From Lachnospiraceae bacterium (GTDB taxonomy: Bacteria; Bacillota; Clostridia; Lachnospirales; Lachnospiraceae): a stretch of DNA of 64,000 nucleotides. Numbering within the stretch: position 1 is the first letter of the stretch; each line of letters begins with the position of its first letter. The notes below the pieces were generated by a model. It made no database searches. It saw only the letters and a list, made by a program, of their open reading frames with translations, and was not told the DNA's origin. This document shows positions 1-9,750 of this stretch, piece after piece. Made by a program: the position numbers and the translations under genes. The DNA lies in NCBI GenBank assembly GCA_017460485.1, contig JAFUAW010000037.1, positions 5,195 to 69,194 on the forward strand, given 5' to 3'.

Positions 1-861
1 TCTTGCCAGCATTGCCATATTATGATCGAATACCGGCGCGAACCGAAGCACTTCGTAGGTCTCATTATTCACAATGAATCCAAAATTACCAAAATGCCGA
101 TCCGGGTTGAAGATGACCGCATCCAGAACGATCATGTTACGGAAATCATCCGCAAAGCCGTACGGTTCCAAGAACTCCAACACATCATTAATCCTATACC
201 TTTTGTTGTCATCCAAATACTTATAGATGGGAACAAAGCCCGCATTCTCATTTGTGAACATCCGGCATCTGGACACCAGACTGCCCTTGAACTTAACCAG
301 ATCATACTCCACATAATCCCGGCAAAGTACTTGAGCAAACTGTGTGGAATAGTATTCCGAATAGGCTTCCAGACCGGCATTTGCAAAGCCCGAGCTGCTT
401 TTCTTATAGAGGAATATTCCATCCGACTCCCGCATCCAGCACTTCTCAAAGGAGCCTTCTGATGTGAATTCCGGTGAAGTCGTCGATAATTTCAGTCCCT
501 GCAGCCCTTGTTCAAAGGCTGTCCTTGATACAACATCCGTGAATTCATTCGCATATAGATTCACCCGTTCCCAAGTCAGATTGGACTCTACTCCTTTCAC
601 CCACAGGGAATCATTCAGGCTTAGCGCATGCGTCATCTCAATAAATCCGATCGGATTATCAATCTGCCATTCCTTCAGCCATTTACGAAGGTGCTCCTTA
701 TGCTTAGCATAGTTTCTGTTATTAATCCATGTGTAGATATCAGAAAACTTCGGTGGAAATGCGTCCTCATCCGCATATGTCTCCAGACTCTCGCAATTGT
801 ACTCCCCCGTCGTTTCATCGAAAAAGACTGTAAACTGCATTAATGTATGATTCTTATTCAT
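1..861 (-). CDS. HipA-like Ser/Thr kinase domain protein (partial; 3' end runs off the window)
   Basis: The minus strand is open from about 861 to the window edge. It is absent from the ORF track because no stop lies in the window. My translation ends ...VIFNPDRHFGNFGFIVNNETYEVLRFAPVFDHNMAMLAR, which carries the D-R-H-x-x-N catalytic-loop signature of HipA-like kinases. The start (ATG at 861 or 840) is uncertain. Confidence 0.55.
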   Translation of the reverse strand, partial: MNKNHTLMQFTVFFDETTGEYNCESLETYADEDAFPPKFSDIYTWINNRNYAKHKEHLRKWLKEWQIDNPIGFIEMTHALSLNDSLWVKGVESNLTWERVNLYANEFTDVVSRTAFEQGLQGLKLSTTSPEFTSEGSFEKCWMRESDGIFLYKKSSSGFANAGLEAYSEYYSTQFAQVLCRDYVEYDLVKFKGSLVSRCRMFTNENAGFVPIYKYLDDNKRYRINDVLEFLEPYGFADDFRNMIVLDAVIFNPDRHFGNFGFIVNNETYEVLRFAPVFDHNMAMLAR

Positions 862-1020
862 CAAATAATATTCAGACAATGCATTTCCCTCCTTGTAACA
901 ATCGCAATATAACAAATCCCCGTATTCCCTATGCTATATCCGCAATAGCGTAGGCAGCCATTGATACTATTATATACTAATGTTTTCGAAAATGAAATGG
1001 TATATTAATTGCAAACCTTG

Positions 1021-1029
1021 TGATATAAT
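1021..1029 (+). promoter_or_regulatory. Extended -10 promoter candidate (TGATATAAT) for pseG
   Basis: TG-n-TATAAT lies about 32 nt upstream of the GAGGT RBS and the ATG at 1061. The -35 is poor. Confidence 0.35.
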
Positions 1030-1060
1030 TGTTTCAGCCAACATTACGAGGTACGAATCT

Positions 1061-2128
1061 ATGTCCAACCTAAAGCCAACCATCTATATCCGCGTCGACG
1101 GTAACGAAATCATTGCCACAGGGCATGTTATGCGCTGTCTGTCCATTGCTGTCCAACTTAAAAAAATGGGATGCAGTGTGGTGTTCCTGACTGCCGACAA
1201 TAAACCGGAAGAGCTAATTAAGTCTCGTGGATTCTCGATCGATGTTCTTCATACAGTATGGGATCAAATGGACGACGAGACGGAGATCCTATGCCGTTAT
1301 CTGAATGAGCACAATGCCAGTGTCCTTATGATCGACAGCTATCAGGTAACCCATAATTATCTGGATGCGCTGTCCCGGGTCACGAAAGTGATCTACATTG
1401 ATGATCTGAACCGCTTCCCGTATCCGGTTCACACTGTGATCAATTATAGCGTATGGGCAAGAGAAGAAGCCTACGCAAGGATCTATCCGAATCCGCTTCC
1501 ACGATTCCTGATCGGAGGCAGCTATATTCCTCTCCGTGAGGAATTCGCTCATATCAAACGGACGATCAACCCAGATGTTAATACTATTCTGATTACCATG
1601 GGAGGTACTGACTCTTATAATGTCATTGGGAAATTACTGTATAAATTCTTTGATCAGACAATCCCTTCAGATAATGAGCACAACCAAACACTTCCATCCA
1701 TGGAATATCATGTGATTGTTGGCATCTTCAATCAGAACAAAGAGGAATTATACGCTCTTGCCAAGCAATATCCGAATATTCATCTTCATGAAAATGTCAG
1801 CAATATGTCTGATTATATGCGGCAATGCGACATCGCCATATCCGCCGGCGGTTCCACACTCTATGAACTATGTGCCTGCGGGACACCGACCATCGTTATG
1901 GAAATTGCGGATAATCAGAATGGTGCCAAAACTTGGCAGGATCATGATTATATGCTGTATGCGGGGAATATCGCAAAAGAAGAAGAGACATGTCTTGCAG
2001 CATGTCTCTCCCATCTGAATGCGTATATCAATAATTATCAATTGCGCAGATCCTTCTCAGAACGTATGCAAAGCCTGGTTGACGGAAAAGGAGCCGGGCG
2101 GATTGCAGAATATTTATTGTCCATATAA
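1061..2128 (+). CDS. pseG: UDP-2,4-diacetamido-2,4,6-trideoxy-beta-L-altropyranose hydrolase (PseG family)
   Basis: The N-terminus IYIRVDGNEIIATGHVMRCLSIA and the GT28-like C-terminal half (ITMGGTDSYN, AISAGGSTLYEL) are typical of PseG. I prefer the ATG at 1061, which has a GAGGT RBS, over the track start at 980. Confidence 0.7.
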   Translation: MSNLKPTIYIRVDGNEIIATGHVMRCLSIAVQLKKMGCSVVFLTADNKPEELIKSRGFSIDVLHTVWDQMDDETEILCRYLNEHNASVLMIDSYQVTHNYLDALSRVTKVIYIDDLNRFPYPVHTVINYSVWAREEAYARIYPNPLPRFLIGGSYIPLREEFAHIKRTINPDVNTILITMGGTDSYNVIGKLLYKFFDQTIPSDNEHNQTLPSMEYHVIVGIFNQNKEELYALAKQYPNIHLHENVSNMSDYMRQCDIAISAGGSTLYELCACGTPTIVMEIADNQNGAKTWQDHDYMLYAGNIAKEEETCLAACLSHLNAYINNYQLRRSFSERMQSLVDGKGAGRIAEYLLSI

Positions 2129-3169
2129 CGATTCCAGATATGTCAACTTCACTTTCATCCATTGTTCCAAAGTAAGATCTTCGTCGATCTCTAACAGATC
2201 GATCAGATCCTTTCTTCGTCCAAGGCAGGCTCTCACATTGCTATTCTCCCTGTAATGCGGAAATTGCTCTACAACTGTTCTTCGCATATCATTCATCAAG
2301 TCCACCGGTATCATATCCAGCTTAGTAAAAATGGCATACATCGTTGCAAGGTAGTACTTGTTCACAAATCGCCACTCCAACTCACGATAGCATAGATCAA
2401 ACAGTCCCCGTTTCCTATATTCTTCTAATATCATGGTTTCGATCACAAGACGATCCAGCTGTCGCAGAGAATTACGCGAAGACACAGTAGAATGAGGATT
2501 CGTATAATAATGATACACAATCTTATCCATCAAATACAGATTCTTCGTATACAGATTCAAAACGGCACTCCAATAATTATCTTCAAATGCCAGACCTTCC
2601 GGAAAAAAAATCTGATGATCCATAATTAAACTTCGCCGATATATTGCAGTTGTAGTACATCCGTACTCACCGACTGTCCCCATATTATCAACCTGATGTT
2701 GATAATAATCTTCCGTCAAATGTTCAAAATGATATACATAATGATTACAGAAAGAAGAATCTGCATCCGGAAGAACCGGCACATGATACTCAGCATCTCT
2801 TTGAAATTTCCCCTGTACGATGTCATATTTTTCTTCTGATGCAATCCGGTACAAAGTCTCATACATATCCAGCTCCATCCAGTCATCCACTCCGGAAAAT
2901 GCAAGATATTCACCAGATGAATGCTGCATACCGATATTCATGGCACCACCCTGTCTCAGATTCTCATCGTAAGTAATTACCAAAACGGAATCCGGATATT
3001 TTTGTTCCCATTCACACAGCTTATCAAGTGTATGATCCGTTGAAGCATCATTAACCAGAACAATCTCCAAATTCTCAATTCCAATAGTCTGCCGGATGAT
3101 CGAATCCATGCAACGGTCTATATAATTTTCAGCATTATAACAGGGGACGATCACACTTACCTTTTTCAT
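2114..3169 (-). CDS. Family 2 glycosyltransferase with a conserved C-terminal extension (paralog 1 of 4)
   Basis: MKKVSVIVPCYNAENYIDRC...VNDASTDHT...DDW is the GT2 (GT-A, DxD) signature. It is about 60 percent identical by eye to the three other GT2 genes in the window. Confidence 0.8.
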   Translation of the reverse strand: MKKVSVIVPCYNAENYIDRCMDSIIRQTIGIENLEIVLVNDASTDHTLDKLCEWEQKYPDSVLVITYDENLRQGGAMNIGMQHSSGEYLAFSGVDDWMELDMYETLYRIASEEKYDIVQGKFQRDAEYHVPVLPDADSSFCNHYVYHFEHLTEDYYQHQVDNMGTVGEYGCTTTAIYRRSLIMDHQIFFPEGLAFEDNYWSAVLNLYTKNLYLMDKIVYHYYTNPHSTVSSRNSLRQLDRLVIETMILEEYRKRGLFDLCYRELEWRFVNKYYLATMYAIFTKLDMIPVDLMNDMRRTVVEQFPHYRENSNVRACLGRRKDLIDLLEIDEDLTLEQWMKVKLTYLESLYGQ

Positions 3170-3190
3170 CTCTATCCTCTTATTCTATTG

Positions 3191-4267
3191 TTATTCCTCA
3201 ATGGAACTTAAGAAATTCAGAAGCTCTTCCACATATGCTTTACGGATTTCCTCAATCTGTTCCATAGATAAGGTATGCCACTGACCTAATAATCCGATCA
3301 ATATCTCTTCAAAGGGGCTGTATTTACGATCCGGATTTCCATAGTATCTTTCCTTGCAATCCGGAAAATAATTAAAAACCTGTTCTTCCATCCATGTAAA
3401 AATATCCGGAAGCTGATCTAATTTAATAAAGAACAAATCTATAGAATTAATATAAAATCTTTCGAGAAACTCAATACATAATCGATTATAAAAATAGTCA
3501 AATACTCCTCTTTGTTTATATTCATCCAATATTCCTATCTCAATCGGCAGACGATCCAAATGATGCAAAGTATTTCTGCTTCTTACCGTTGAATTATTAT
3601 TCACAAAATAATGATATAATATCTTATCCACCACACATAAATTTGAAACATACAGATGCAATACAGCAGTCCAATAATTGTCTTCATATACAAGCTTTTC
3701 CGGAAACCATATTTCATTATTAATAATAATATCTTTTTTATAAATTGCTGACCAGATACCCCCGTTTTCGCCTTGTTCACCATAACTGCTCACGTTAAAA
3801 TCATAGATATCGTCCGTCACCAAACCAAAATTATATCGAATACAATTATATTCTTTTGAAATTACATCCGATGGCAGCAATTCCATATGATCAGATTCTA
3901 TATATTTGCACTGAACCATATCATAATTACCAACCACCGCCTCATGATATAAAATATCAAACATATCAGGTTCAATCCAATCATCCGAATCAACAAATCC
4001 AATATAATCAGCAGTTGCATACCTAATACCTTGATTTCTTGCGCCGCCCTGTCTCAAATTCTCGGAATAGGTTATCACGAGTATATTATCCGGATATTTC
4101 TGTTCCCATTCGCAGAGTTTATCAAGTGTATGGTCTGTAGAAGCGTCATTCACTACAATTACTTCAAGATTCTCGATGCCTATTGTCTGATTCTCGATTG
4201 AATGCAGACATCGATCAATGTATGGTTCAACATTATAACAAGGAATAATTACACTAATTTTTTTCAT
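3191..4267 (-). CDS. Family 2 glycosyltransferase with a conserved C-terminal extension (paralog 2 of 4)
   Basis: MKKISVIIPCYNVEPYIDRC...VNDASTDHTLDKLCEWEQKYPD...DSDDW. It sits in tandem with 2114..3169. Confidence 0.8.
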   Translation of the reverse strand: MKKISVIIPCYNVEPYIDRCLHSIENQTIGIENLEVIVVNDASTDHTLDKLCEWEQKYPDNILVITYSENLRQGGARNQGIRYATADYIGFVDSDDWIEPDMFDILYHEAVVGNYDMVQCKYIESDHMELLPSDVISKEYNCIRYNFGLVTDDIYDFNVSSYGEQGENGGIWSAIYKKDIIINNEIWFPEKLVYEDNYWTAVLHLYVSNLCVVDKILYHYFVNNNSTVRSRNTLHHLDRLPIEIGILDEYKQRGVFDYFYNRLCIEFLERFYINSIDLFFIKLDQLPDIFTWMEEQVFNYFPDCKERYYGNPDRKYSPFEEILIGLLGQWHTLSMEQIEEIRKAYVEELLNFLSSIEE

Positions 4268-4316
4268 CGAATATGATCCTTCACCTTAGTAAACAACGAT
4301 TCTATGCGAAATACGC

Positions 4317-5018
4317 TTAATGCTCAAGCAACTGATATTTTATCTCAGCCAGTTTCCAATCCGTTTCATTATCAATATCCTGAACCTCCAGTTCACTCAG
4401 GATTAACGGCTTAATCCCTTCTCTGATAATCCCTTTATTCTCCAGATATTCTTTCGTCCGCCAACAATAAAACTGTCCGGCATCATGATACATCGGTTCT
4501 AAATCTTGAGATCTTGCAGTAAAATTCTCCGGATGCGGCATAATTAACAGATCTCCATCCTGAACAAATCCACGCTGTGGGGGAAATGAAAAACGAACCA
4601 CCGGCTTAACCTCTATAACATCCTTGCCGCTTTTTTCCAGTTCTTCTATGCCTTCCCGAATACGGGTGGCCGTAACAAAGGGTGCCGTAGGATAGATGCA
4701 AACCGTAGTATCAAATACTTTTCCATATAATGTCTGATAGCGTTCCAATACCTCTAAAATAACATCAGCAGTAATTGCATAATCATCCGATGTCTTTTCG
4801 CTTCGCATAAAGGGAACCTTGGCCCCATATTTCTTCGCGATTTCCGCAATCTCTTCACTGTCGGTCGATACCATTATTTCATCAAACAAATCAGACCGGA
4901 CTGCCGCCTCAATAGAATAAGCTATGATCGGCTTTCCGCAGAATTCCTTAATATTCTTTTTCGGAATACGTTTACTGCCACCTCTTGCTGTAATTATTGC
5001 GATTCTTGAATTTGCCAT
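4317..5018 (-). CDS. pseF: Nonulosonic acid cytidylyltransferase, PseF-like
   Basis: IAIITARGGSKRIPKKNIKEFCGKPIIAYSIEAA is the CMP-N-acylneuraminate cytidylyltransferase family motif. The gene lies in an operon with the pseH and pseB homologs. Confidence 0.65.
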   Translation of the reverse strand: MANSRIAIITARGGSKRIPKKNIKEFCGKPIIAYSIEAAVRSDLFDEIMVSTDSEEIAEIAKKYGAKVPFMRSEKTSDDYAITADVILEVLERYQTLYGKVFDTTVCIYPTAPFVTATRIREGIEELEKSGKDVIEVKPVVRFSFPPQRGFVQDGDLLIMPHPENFTARSQDLEPMYHDAGQFYCWRTKEYLENKGIIREGIKPLILSELEVQDIDNETDWKLAEIKYQLLEH

Positions 5019-5042
5019 ATTATCCCCTTTTATTACTGCAAA

Positions 5043-5525
5043 TCATGCATTTAGTTTTTTAGTGTATTTAATCCATTTTTTTTGTTCTTCCCTTGTATAG
5101 CCAAGAGAATCGAATACATGACAAGAGACCAAATTCTCTTTCTTCACATATGCGACACAATACTCTCCGTCTTTTCTGCATTCAGTATCATCCCTAAGCA
5201 TTTCTTCTAACATAGACAACATATGTTTCCCCAAATGCTTTCCACGATGTTCTTTCGCAATGCTATATGAAATAACCATTTCATCATACCAAAATGCTAT
5301 TCGTACCTGACCCACAGGAATATCGCACTCCATCATGATAAAAATAGCCATATCCTCTCTTGTCATTGCTTTCTGATACCATAAAACGTGCTCCTCATAC
5401 TTAATAACGGACGACTGAAAAGAATTCCTTCTCACCTCTTCATCATTACGCCATCGAAATAAAATATCCATATCAGATTCATGCGCTCTACGCAGAACAT
5501 AGTTCGGCTGTTGATCATGTGACAT
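5043..5525 (-). CDS. pseH: GNAT N-acetyltransferase, PseH-like
   Basis: A 160-aa GNAT with the PseH-type N-terminus LRRAHESDMDILFRWRNDEEVRRNSF...YEEHVLWY, located between pseB and pseF. Confidence 0.6.
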   Translation of the reverse strand: MSHDQQPNYVLRRAHESDMDILFRWRNDEEVRRNSFQSSVIKYEEHVLWYQKAMTREDMAIFIMMECDIPVGQVRIAFWYDEMVISYSIAKEHRGKHLGKHMLSMLEEMLRDDTECRKDGEYCVAYVKKENLVSCHVFDSLGYTREEQKKWIKYTKKLNA

Positions 5526-5553
5526 CCGTCTACTCCTTATCTGTTAACATTTT

Positions 5554-6546
5554 TTATAATGCCTTTAGTGCTTCCCTCAATTCTTCCACACCCAGCCACT
5601 GGGTATTATTATCCGATGTATAACTAAAACCCTCCCTTACTTTAACGCCGCCGGGAAGTATATCCTGTGTATTCGCCCATGTATAATGTGGGTAGATAAT
5701 AAAATGTTTATCATACTCATAGGTTGTCCACGAGTCATCCTTGGTCACCATGATCTCATGAAGTTTCTCACCTTCACGTATTCCGAATTCGTTGATCACA
5801 CATCCCGGCAGCATTGCTTCTGCCAAGTCTCCGATATGAAATGATGGGATCTTGGAAATATATGTCTCACCACCCTTAGACTCCTCTAATGCCTTGAATA
5901 CCAATTCCACTCCCTGTTCCAAGGTAATCCAGAATCGGGTCATTCGCATATCAGTGACTCCAAGTGTCGTTCCGCCATTATCAATAATCTTCTTCCAAAT
6001 CGGAATTACCGATCCTCGACTTCCGGCAACATTTCCGTATCGAACAACAGAGAATACCGTTCGGTAATTCTCTCCGCGATAAGCATTCGCTGCTATAAAC
6101 AGCTTATCGGATACCAGCTTTGTCCCACCGTACAGATTAATTGGATTCACCGCCTTATCCGTAGATAACGCAACCACTTTTTTGACACCACAATCCAATG
6201 CAGCGTCAATTACATTCTGAGCGCCATGAATATTCGTCTTGATCGCTTCAAAAGGATTATATTCACACGTTGGTACTTGCTTCATTGCGGCTGCGTGAAT
6301 CACGTAATCTACCCCTGCAAACGCACGATGAAGCCGCTCACTATCCCGTACATCTCCGATAAAGAAACGTACCCTGCTCATATCTACCTGATCCTTAAAA
6401 TCTGTCTGGATCACACTCTGTTTATATTCGTCACGTGAATAGATAATCACCTTTTTAGGATTATATCTTTCAAATACCATCTTTAAAAACTTCTTACCAA
6501 AAGAACCCGTTCCACCGGTTACAAGAATTGTCTGATCATTTAACAT
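5554..6546 (-). CDS. pseB: UDP-N-acetylglucosamine 4,6-dehydratase (inverting), PseB
   Basis: ILVTGGTGSFGKKF...IIYSRDEYKQ...YGGTKLVSDKLF is the classical PseB/FlaA1 short-chain dehydratase pattern. Confidence 0.85.
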   Translation of the reverse strand: MLNDQTILVTGGTGSFGKKFLKMVFERYNPKKVIIYSRDEYKQSVIQTDFKDQVDMSRVRFFIGDVRDSERLHRAFAGVDYVIHAAAMKQVPTCEYNPFEAIKTNIHGAQNVIDAALDCGVKKVVALSTDKAVNPINLYGGTKLVSDKLFIAANAYRGENYRTVFSVVRYGNVAGSRGSVIPIWKKIIDNGGTTLGVTDMRMTRFWITLEQGVELVFKALEESKGGETYISKIPSFHIGDLAEAMLPGCVINEFGIREGEKLHEIMVTKDDSWTTYEYDKHFIIYPHYTWANTQDILPGGVKVREGFSYTSDNNTQWLGVEELREALKAL

Positions 6547-6704
6547 AATCTTCTCCCTTTCGTATTATAATTATAATATATTGGCAATTAGCACTCCAAT
6601 ACTAACCTGTTCAAAAACTCTTTATATATTATATAATCATATATTGTGAATTGCAAGAAATACGGAATTCACATATACTTTTTATCATGGCTGCTCCCTA
6701 CAAT

Positions 6705-7877
6705 TTACGGGAGACGAAGGACTCGTTTTACAAGCTGCCTTCCACGGCACTGCCATGTATGATTCTGCAAGGAGAATTGATAATTCTCCTCAATCCGGTT
6801 ATACAAAGAATCATATTCTTCAAGCGTAGACTGTATATGATGATTCATCTGATCCAAGTCCCGCAGATCAATATATCGTACCCGATCATCCAATTGCTCC
6901 TTTTGGTACGATGACCATGGTGTATATACAATTCCTTTATGTAACATCGATGTATATATTCGGTCATGAATACCTTCTTCAACCACGGGAGGCAGCGGAT
7001 TCATGATGATCTTAGAATATCTCATCATCTGCAGTACATCCAGCATATCCTTTGGGCCATATGAGACCAACCCCTTTTTATATCTGTTTTTTATGTTTTC
7101 CGGTATACTGCCAACCATATGTACCGTATGCCCGCCTGCAATCAATGCATCCAAAATATCCAATCTGGCCGACATTCGGATATAGGAATCAACATAGCGC
7201 ATGGAGCGGGACAATTCCTTGATCAGTTCCCCGGTTAAAGGTTCTCCGGTTTGCTCCCATACCTTCATAAAAAGAGGTCTGACCGCCATATTCGGATGTT
7301 GTTTCCATGCTTGTATCGTGCTTTCAATCAACCATTGTTCAATCGGCATCATATCTTCCAATTGATAAGCAATCGTCTGAGGATCATCAACACCTGCGGG
7401 AAACAGGATATCAATATCCTTATCTTCAAGACGAACCTCGCCTTCCGGAAGGAACCCTCCTATAAGCATATGCTCCGGTTCAATAATATCCGGAAACATT
7501 AGTTTTGACATCCGGCAATTCATCGCGTCTGCAAAAAATAAATGAAAATTCGGATTAAGAGCATTAGAAACTCGATTTATGTGATACAGAACATCATCTA
7601 ATATCCAACTCACATAGATATTGGGCTGCAGGTTCATGACCATCTCACCCTGATAAAATGATTCATACATAATACCTTGAAAATCAAATATAAAAGCATA
7701 CGGCTGGCTGATCACTTCCCATGCGTTCCCTACTTCATCCTCCGATGCAAGATCAAGAAATCTTACAGAATATCCTACCTCCACAAATCCCTTTGCAATT
7801 TCATCTGCCATATATCTGACAACATTATTGTTAGACTGCATTTTCAATACTAAAATCTCATTATTCAATCGTATCAC
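6705..7877 (-). CDS. Conserved hypothetical protein, possible GT-B-type glycosyltransferase
   Basis: A long ORF with no recognisable N-terminal motif. The C-terminal half (HTVHMVGS...IIMNPLPPVVEEGIHDRIYTSMLHKGIV) looks like the C-terminal Rossmann half of a GT-B enzyme. The start is uncertain (GTG 7877, TTG 7868 or ATG 7841). Confidence 0.4.
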   Translation of the reverse strand: MIRLNNEILVLKMQSNNNVVRYMADEIAKGFVEVGYSVRFLDLASEDEVGNAWEVISQPYAFIFDFQGIMYESFYQGEMVMNLQPNIYVSWILDDVLYHINRVSNALNPNFHLFFADAMNCRMSKLMFPDIIEPEHMLIGGFLPEGEVRLEDKDIDILFPAGVDDPQTIAYQLEDMMPIEQWLIESTIQAWKQHPNMAVRPLFMKVWEQTGEPLTGELIKELSRSMRYVDSYIRMSARLDILDALIAGGHTVHMVGSIPENIKNRYKKGLVSYGPKDMLDVLQMMRYSKIIMNPLPPVVEEGIHDRIYTSMLHKGIVYTPWSSYQKEQLDDRVRYIDLRDLDQMNHHIQSTLEEYDSLYNRIEENYQFSLQNHTWQCRGRQLVKRVLRLP

Positions 7878-7888
7878 CTTCTATTCAT

Positions 7889-9724
7889 TCAGAACTCATA
7901 TTGACATTCTATTTTTTTTAGCAATGTTTCCCATATGGTCAGTATTTCTGAGATGTTTTTATCCGCCTCCGATAAATATTGACTCATAACTTTCATCTTC
8001 TGTAAGTCATGGTCTCCTGAAATCCGGGGCAAATCCTGCATCTCATGTTGAAATTCCAGTTCCGCCTTAAACATACGCTTGTACAATAATATAGATGCCT
8101 CTCCCTCCATAATCTCGTCCATAATATCCTTCGCCTTCGCATTGAATCCTGCCGCATCTTTTTCTGTCAAATTGTTATGTCTATAAAGTATAATTGTCCT
8201 CTGACTATAGTCCAGTACCGATCGTACCCGACCGGAAAAGCTCTCAAGATAATCCCTCTGTTTTTTAAGACTTTCATACAGTTTCTTTTTTTTCTCCCTC
8301 GTATCCCATATATATGGCATCTTATTATAATTCTGTTTGAAATCAAATGAATGATGACAATATGCAGTAATTGCCTCGGATAATGGCATCTGGCAGGCTC
8401 CTCTGATTCTTGCTCCCCCCTCTGTCGCATTGATCACGCGACAATATTCCATCTGCGGAATTTCGGCTTCATACCAGTCCAAATACAATTTGAAATCAGA
8501 CAATGTAATTACATTATCGCCATAATAACCTTCGACCGATAATTTCTTCCACTTTGTAGTTTCATTTTGCTGTCCGTCTACGTGAATCTTATAACCTTGC
8601 AACGCCAAATCCTGTCCAATAAGAATAATTGTACGAAAGCCCAGATCTCTCGCCAAACTGAAACAATTCGTTGCAACAGAACCGCCTCCATAATAGTATG
8701 GCATATCAACCCCGGCCTCTTCAAATAATCCCTGATGATATGCATTTCCCGCCGAATAGCATAATACCTTCGGATTTGAAAGTGCCTCAATAACCGAATG
8801 ATCCGATTCCGGTGTTATTGCAATCGGAATATCGGCCAAGCGTTCATCCGATAAAGGAGATCCCCCCTTCTCCGGATCTACCGTACATACCATATCCGGC
8901 AGAATATCATGTCTGAGTAGTGTCTTTGCAGCGGAATCCACACAGAATATCATAGCTTTTCCCTGTGCCTTTTTTAATTCTGTCACATTCTTTTCCAAAG
9001 ATGGTCCGGCAGCGACAATAATACAGACATCCTGATCTGTTACATATTCTGATAAATCAAACAAATTCTTGCCGTCAATCAGCCATTGAAAAGATAAAAT
9101 CTCATTATCTGACCCCTGTTTTGCATAATAAATCAACGTATTCTGATCAACATTTCTATAATGATATACCTGATAATATCTTGAATATACTGACATTTCC
9201 TGTTCATAGAATAATTCCCGATACTTTGGAAGACACACATATTGATAATATTCCCAGTTTAGATAATCCATAGCGTTATCGAGATAAGGATAGAATTCCG
9301 AATCATTCACTCCTGCTGCAAATAATCGGAATCGTTTATCTTCTATAACAGTTGTCAAATCATAGGTCTCTAAAGCTTTTCGGAGAATCATCAAAGAAGG
9401 CTCATATACAATACAATCGTCAAACCGTTGATTATCTGCAAGAATTTGTCTAACCACTTCTCCCGAACCAAATCCAAACATAACTATATGAATTGGCTCT
9501 ACTGCTTCTTGAAACTGCAGCAAAAAACGTTCAACTGCATGTTCCGGACAATAAAGACTAGAGAGTGATATTATATTCTCTCCTGCCATTACCGCAAGAA
9601 ACTGTTCACCATTCGCCGCATCCCCGACCAATATGGTTCCGTCATCTTCACTGCTGAGCAGTGCCTGATAAAGAGCTTCATCTACACGTTTCAAAGCACT
9701 CAGATTATCTTCATAAAGTGACAT
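7889..9724 (-). CDS. Motility-associated factor (Maf, DUF115/MptE-like) flagellin nonulosonic-acid transferase family protein (paralog 1 of 5)
   Basis: N-terminus MSLYEDNLSALK, central IIVAAGPSLEKN...FCVDSA...GGSVATNCF...IILIGQDLA...NATEGGA, and a helical C-terminus. This is the Maf architecture. Confidence 0.85.
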   Translation of the reverse strand: MSLYEDNLSALKRVDEALYQALLSSEDDGTILVGDAANGEQFLAVMAGENIISLSSLYCPEHAVERFLLQFQEAVEPIHIVMFGFGSGEVVRQILADNQRFDDCIVYEPSLMILRKALETYDLTTVIEDKRFRLFAAGVNDSEFYPYLDNAMDYLNWEYYQYVCLPKYRELFYEQEMSVYSRYYQVYHYRNVDQNTLIYYAKQGSDNEILSFQWLIDGKNLFDLSEYVTDQDVCIIVAAGPSLEKNVTELKKAQGKAMIFCVDSAAKTLLRHDILPDMVCTVDPEKGGSPLSDERLADIPIAITPESDHSVIEALSNPKVLCYSAGNAYHQGLFEEAGVDMPYYYGGGSVATNCFSLARDLGFRTIILIGQDLALQGYKIHVDGQQNETTKWKKLSVEGYYGDNVITLSDFKLYLDWYEAEIPQMEYCRVINATEGGARIRGACQMPLSEAITAYCHHSFDFKQNYNKMPYIWDTREKKKKLYESLKKQRDYLESFSGRVRSVLDYSQRTIILYRHNNLTEKDAAGFNAKAKDIMDEIMEGEASILLYKRMFKAELEFQHEMQDLPRISGDHDLQKMKVMSQYLSEADKNISEILTIWETLLKKIECQYEF

Positions 9725-9750
9725 ATTGCTTTCCTTTCATGCACTCATAC

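Noticed and set aside
22-462. Track ORFs 22..462 (+), 132..449 (-), 464..712 (+) and 628..843 (+).
   Set aside because: They overlap a longer stop-free minus-strand frame with a clear HipA-like kinase signature. That frame is missing from the track only because it runs off the window edge. The listed ORFs have no recognisable motifs or ribosome-binding sites.
6640-6670. A hairpin TGTGAATT...AATTCACA downstream of the 390-aa gene, considered as a terminator.
   Set aside because: It has an 8-bp A/T-rich stem, a 13-nt loop and no U-tract on the minus strand. It is too weak to call.
8405-8867. G6/C6 tracts inside maf and GT2 genes (about 8415..8420, 8862..8867, 44898..44903 and 37665..37670), considered as Campylobacter-style phase-variable contingency tracts.
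   Set aside because: Each encodes a conserved Gly-Gly (for example TEGGA, KGGS, RQGGA), and the same motifs in paralogs use mixed codons. Six residues is short for efficient slippage. I kept only the 17123..17128 tract as a finding, because it has an open downstream frame.
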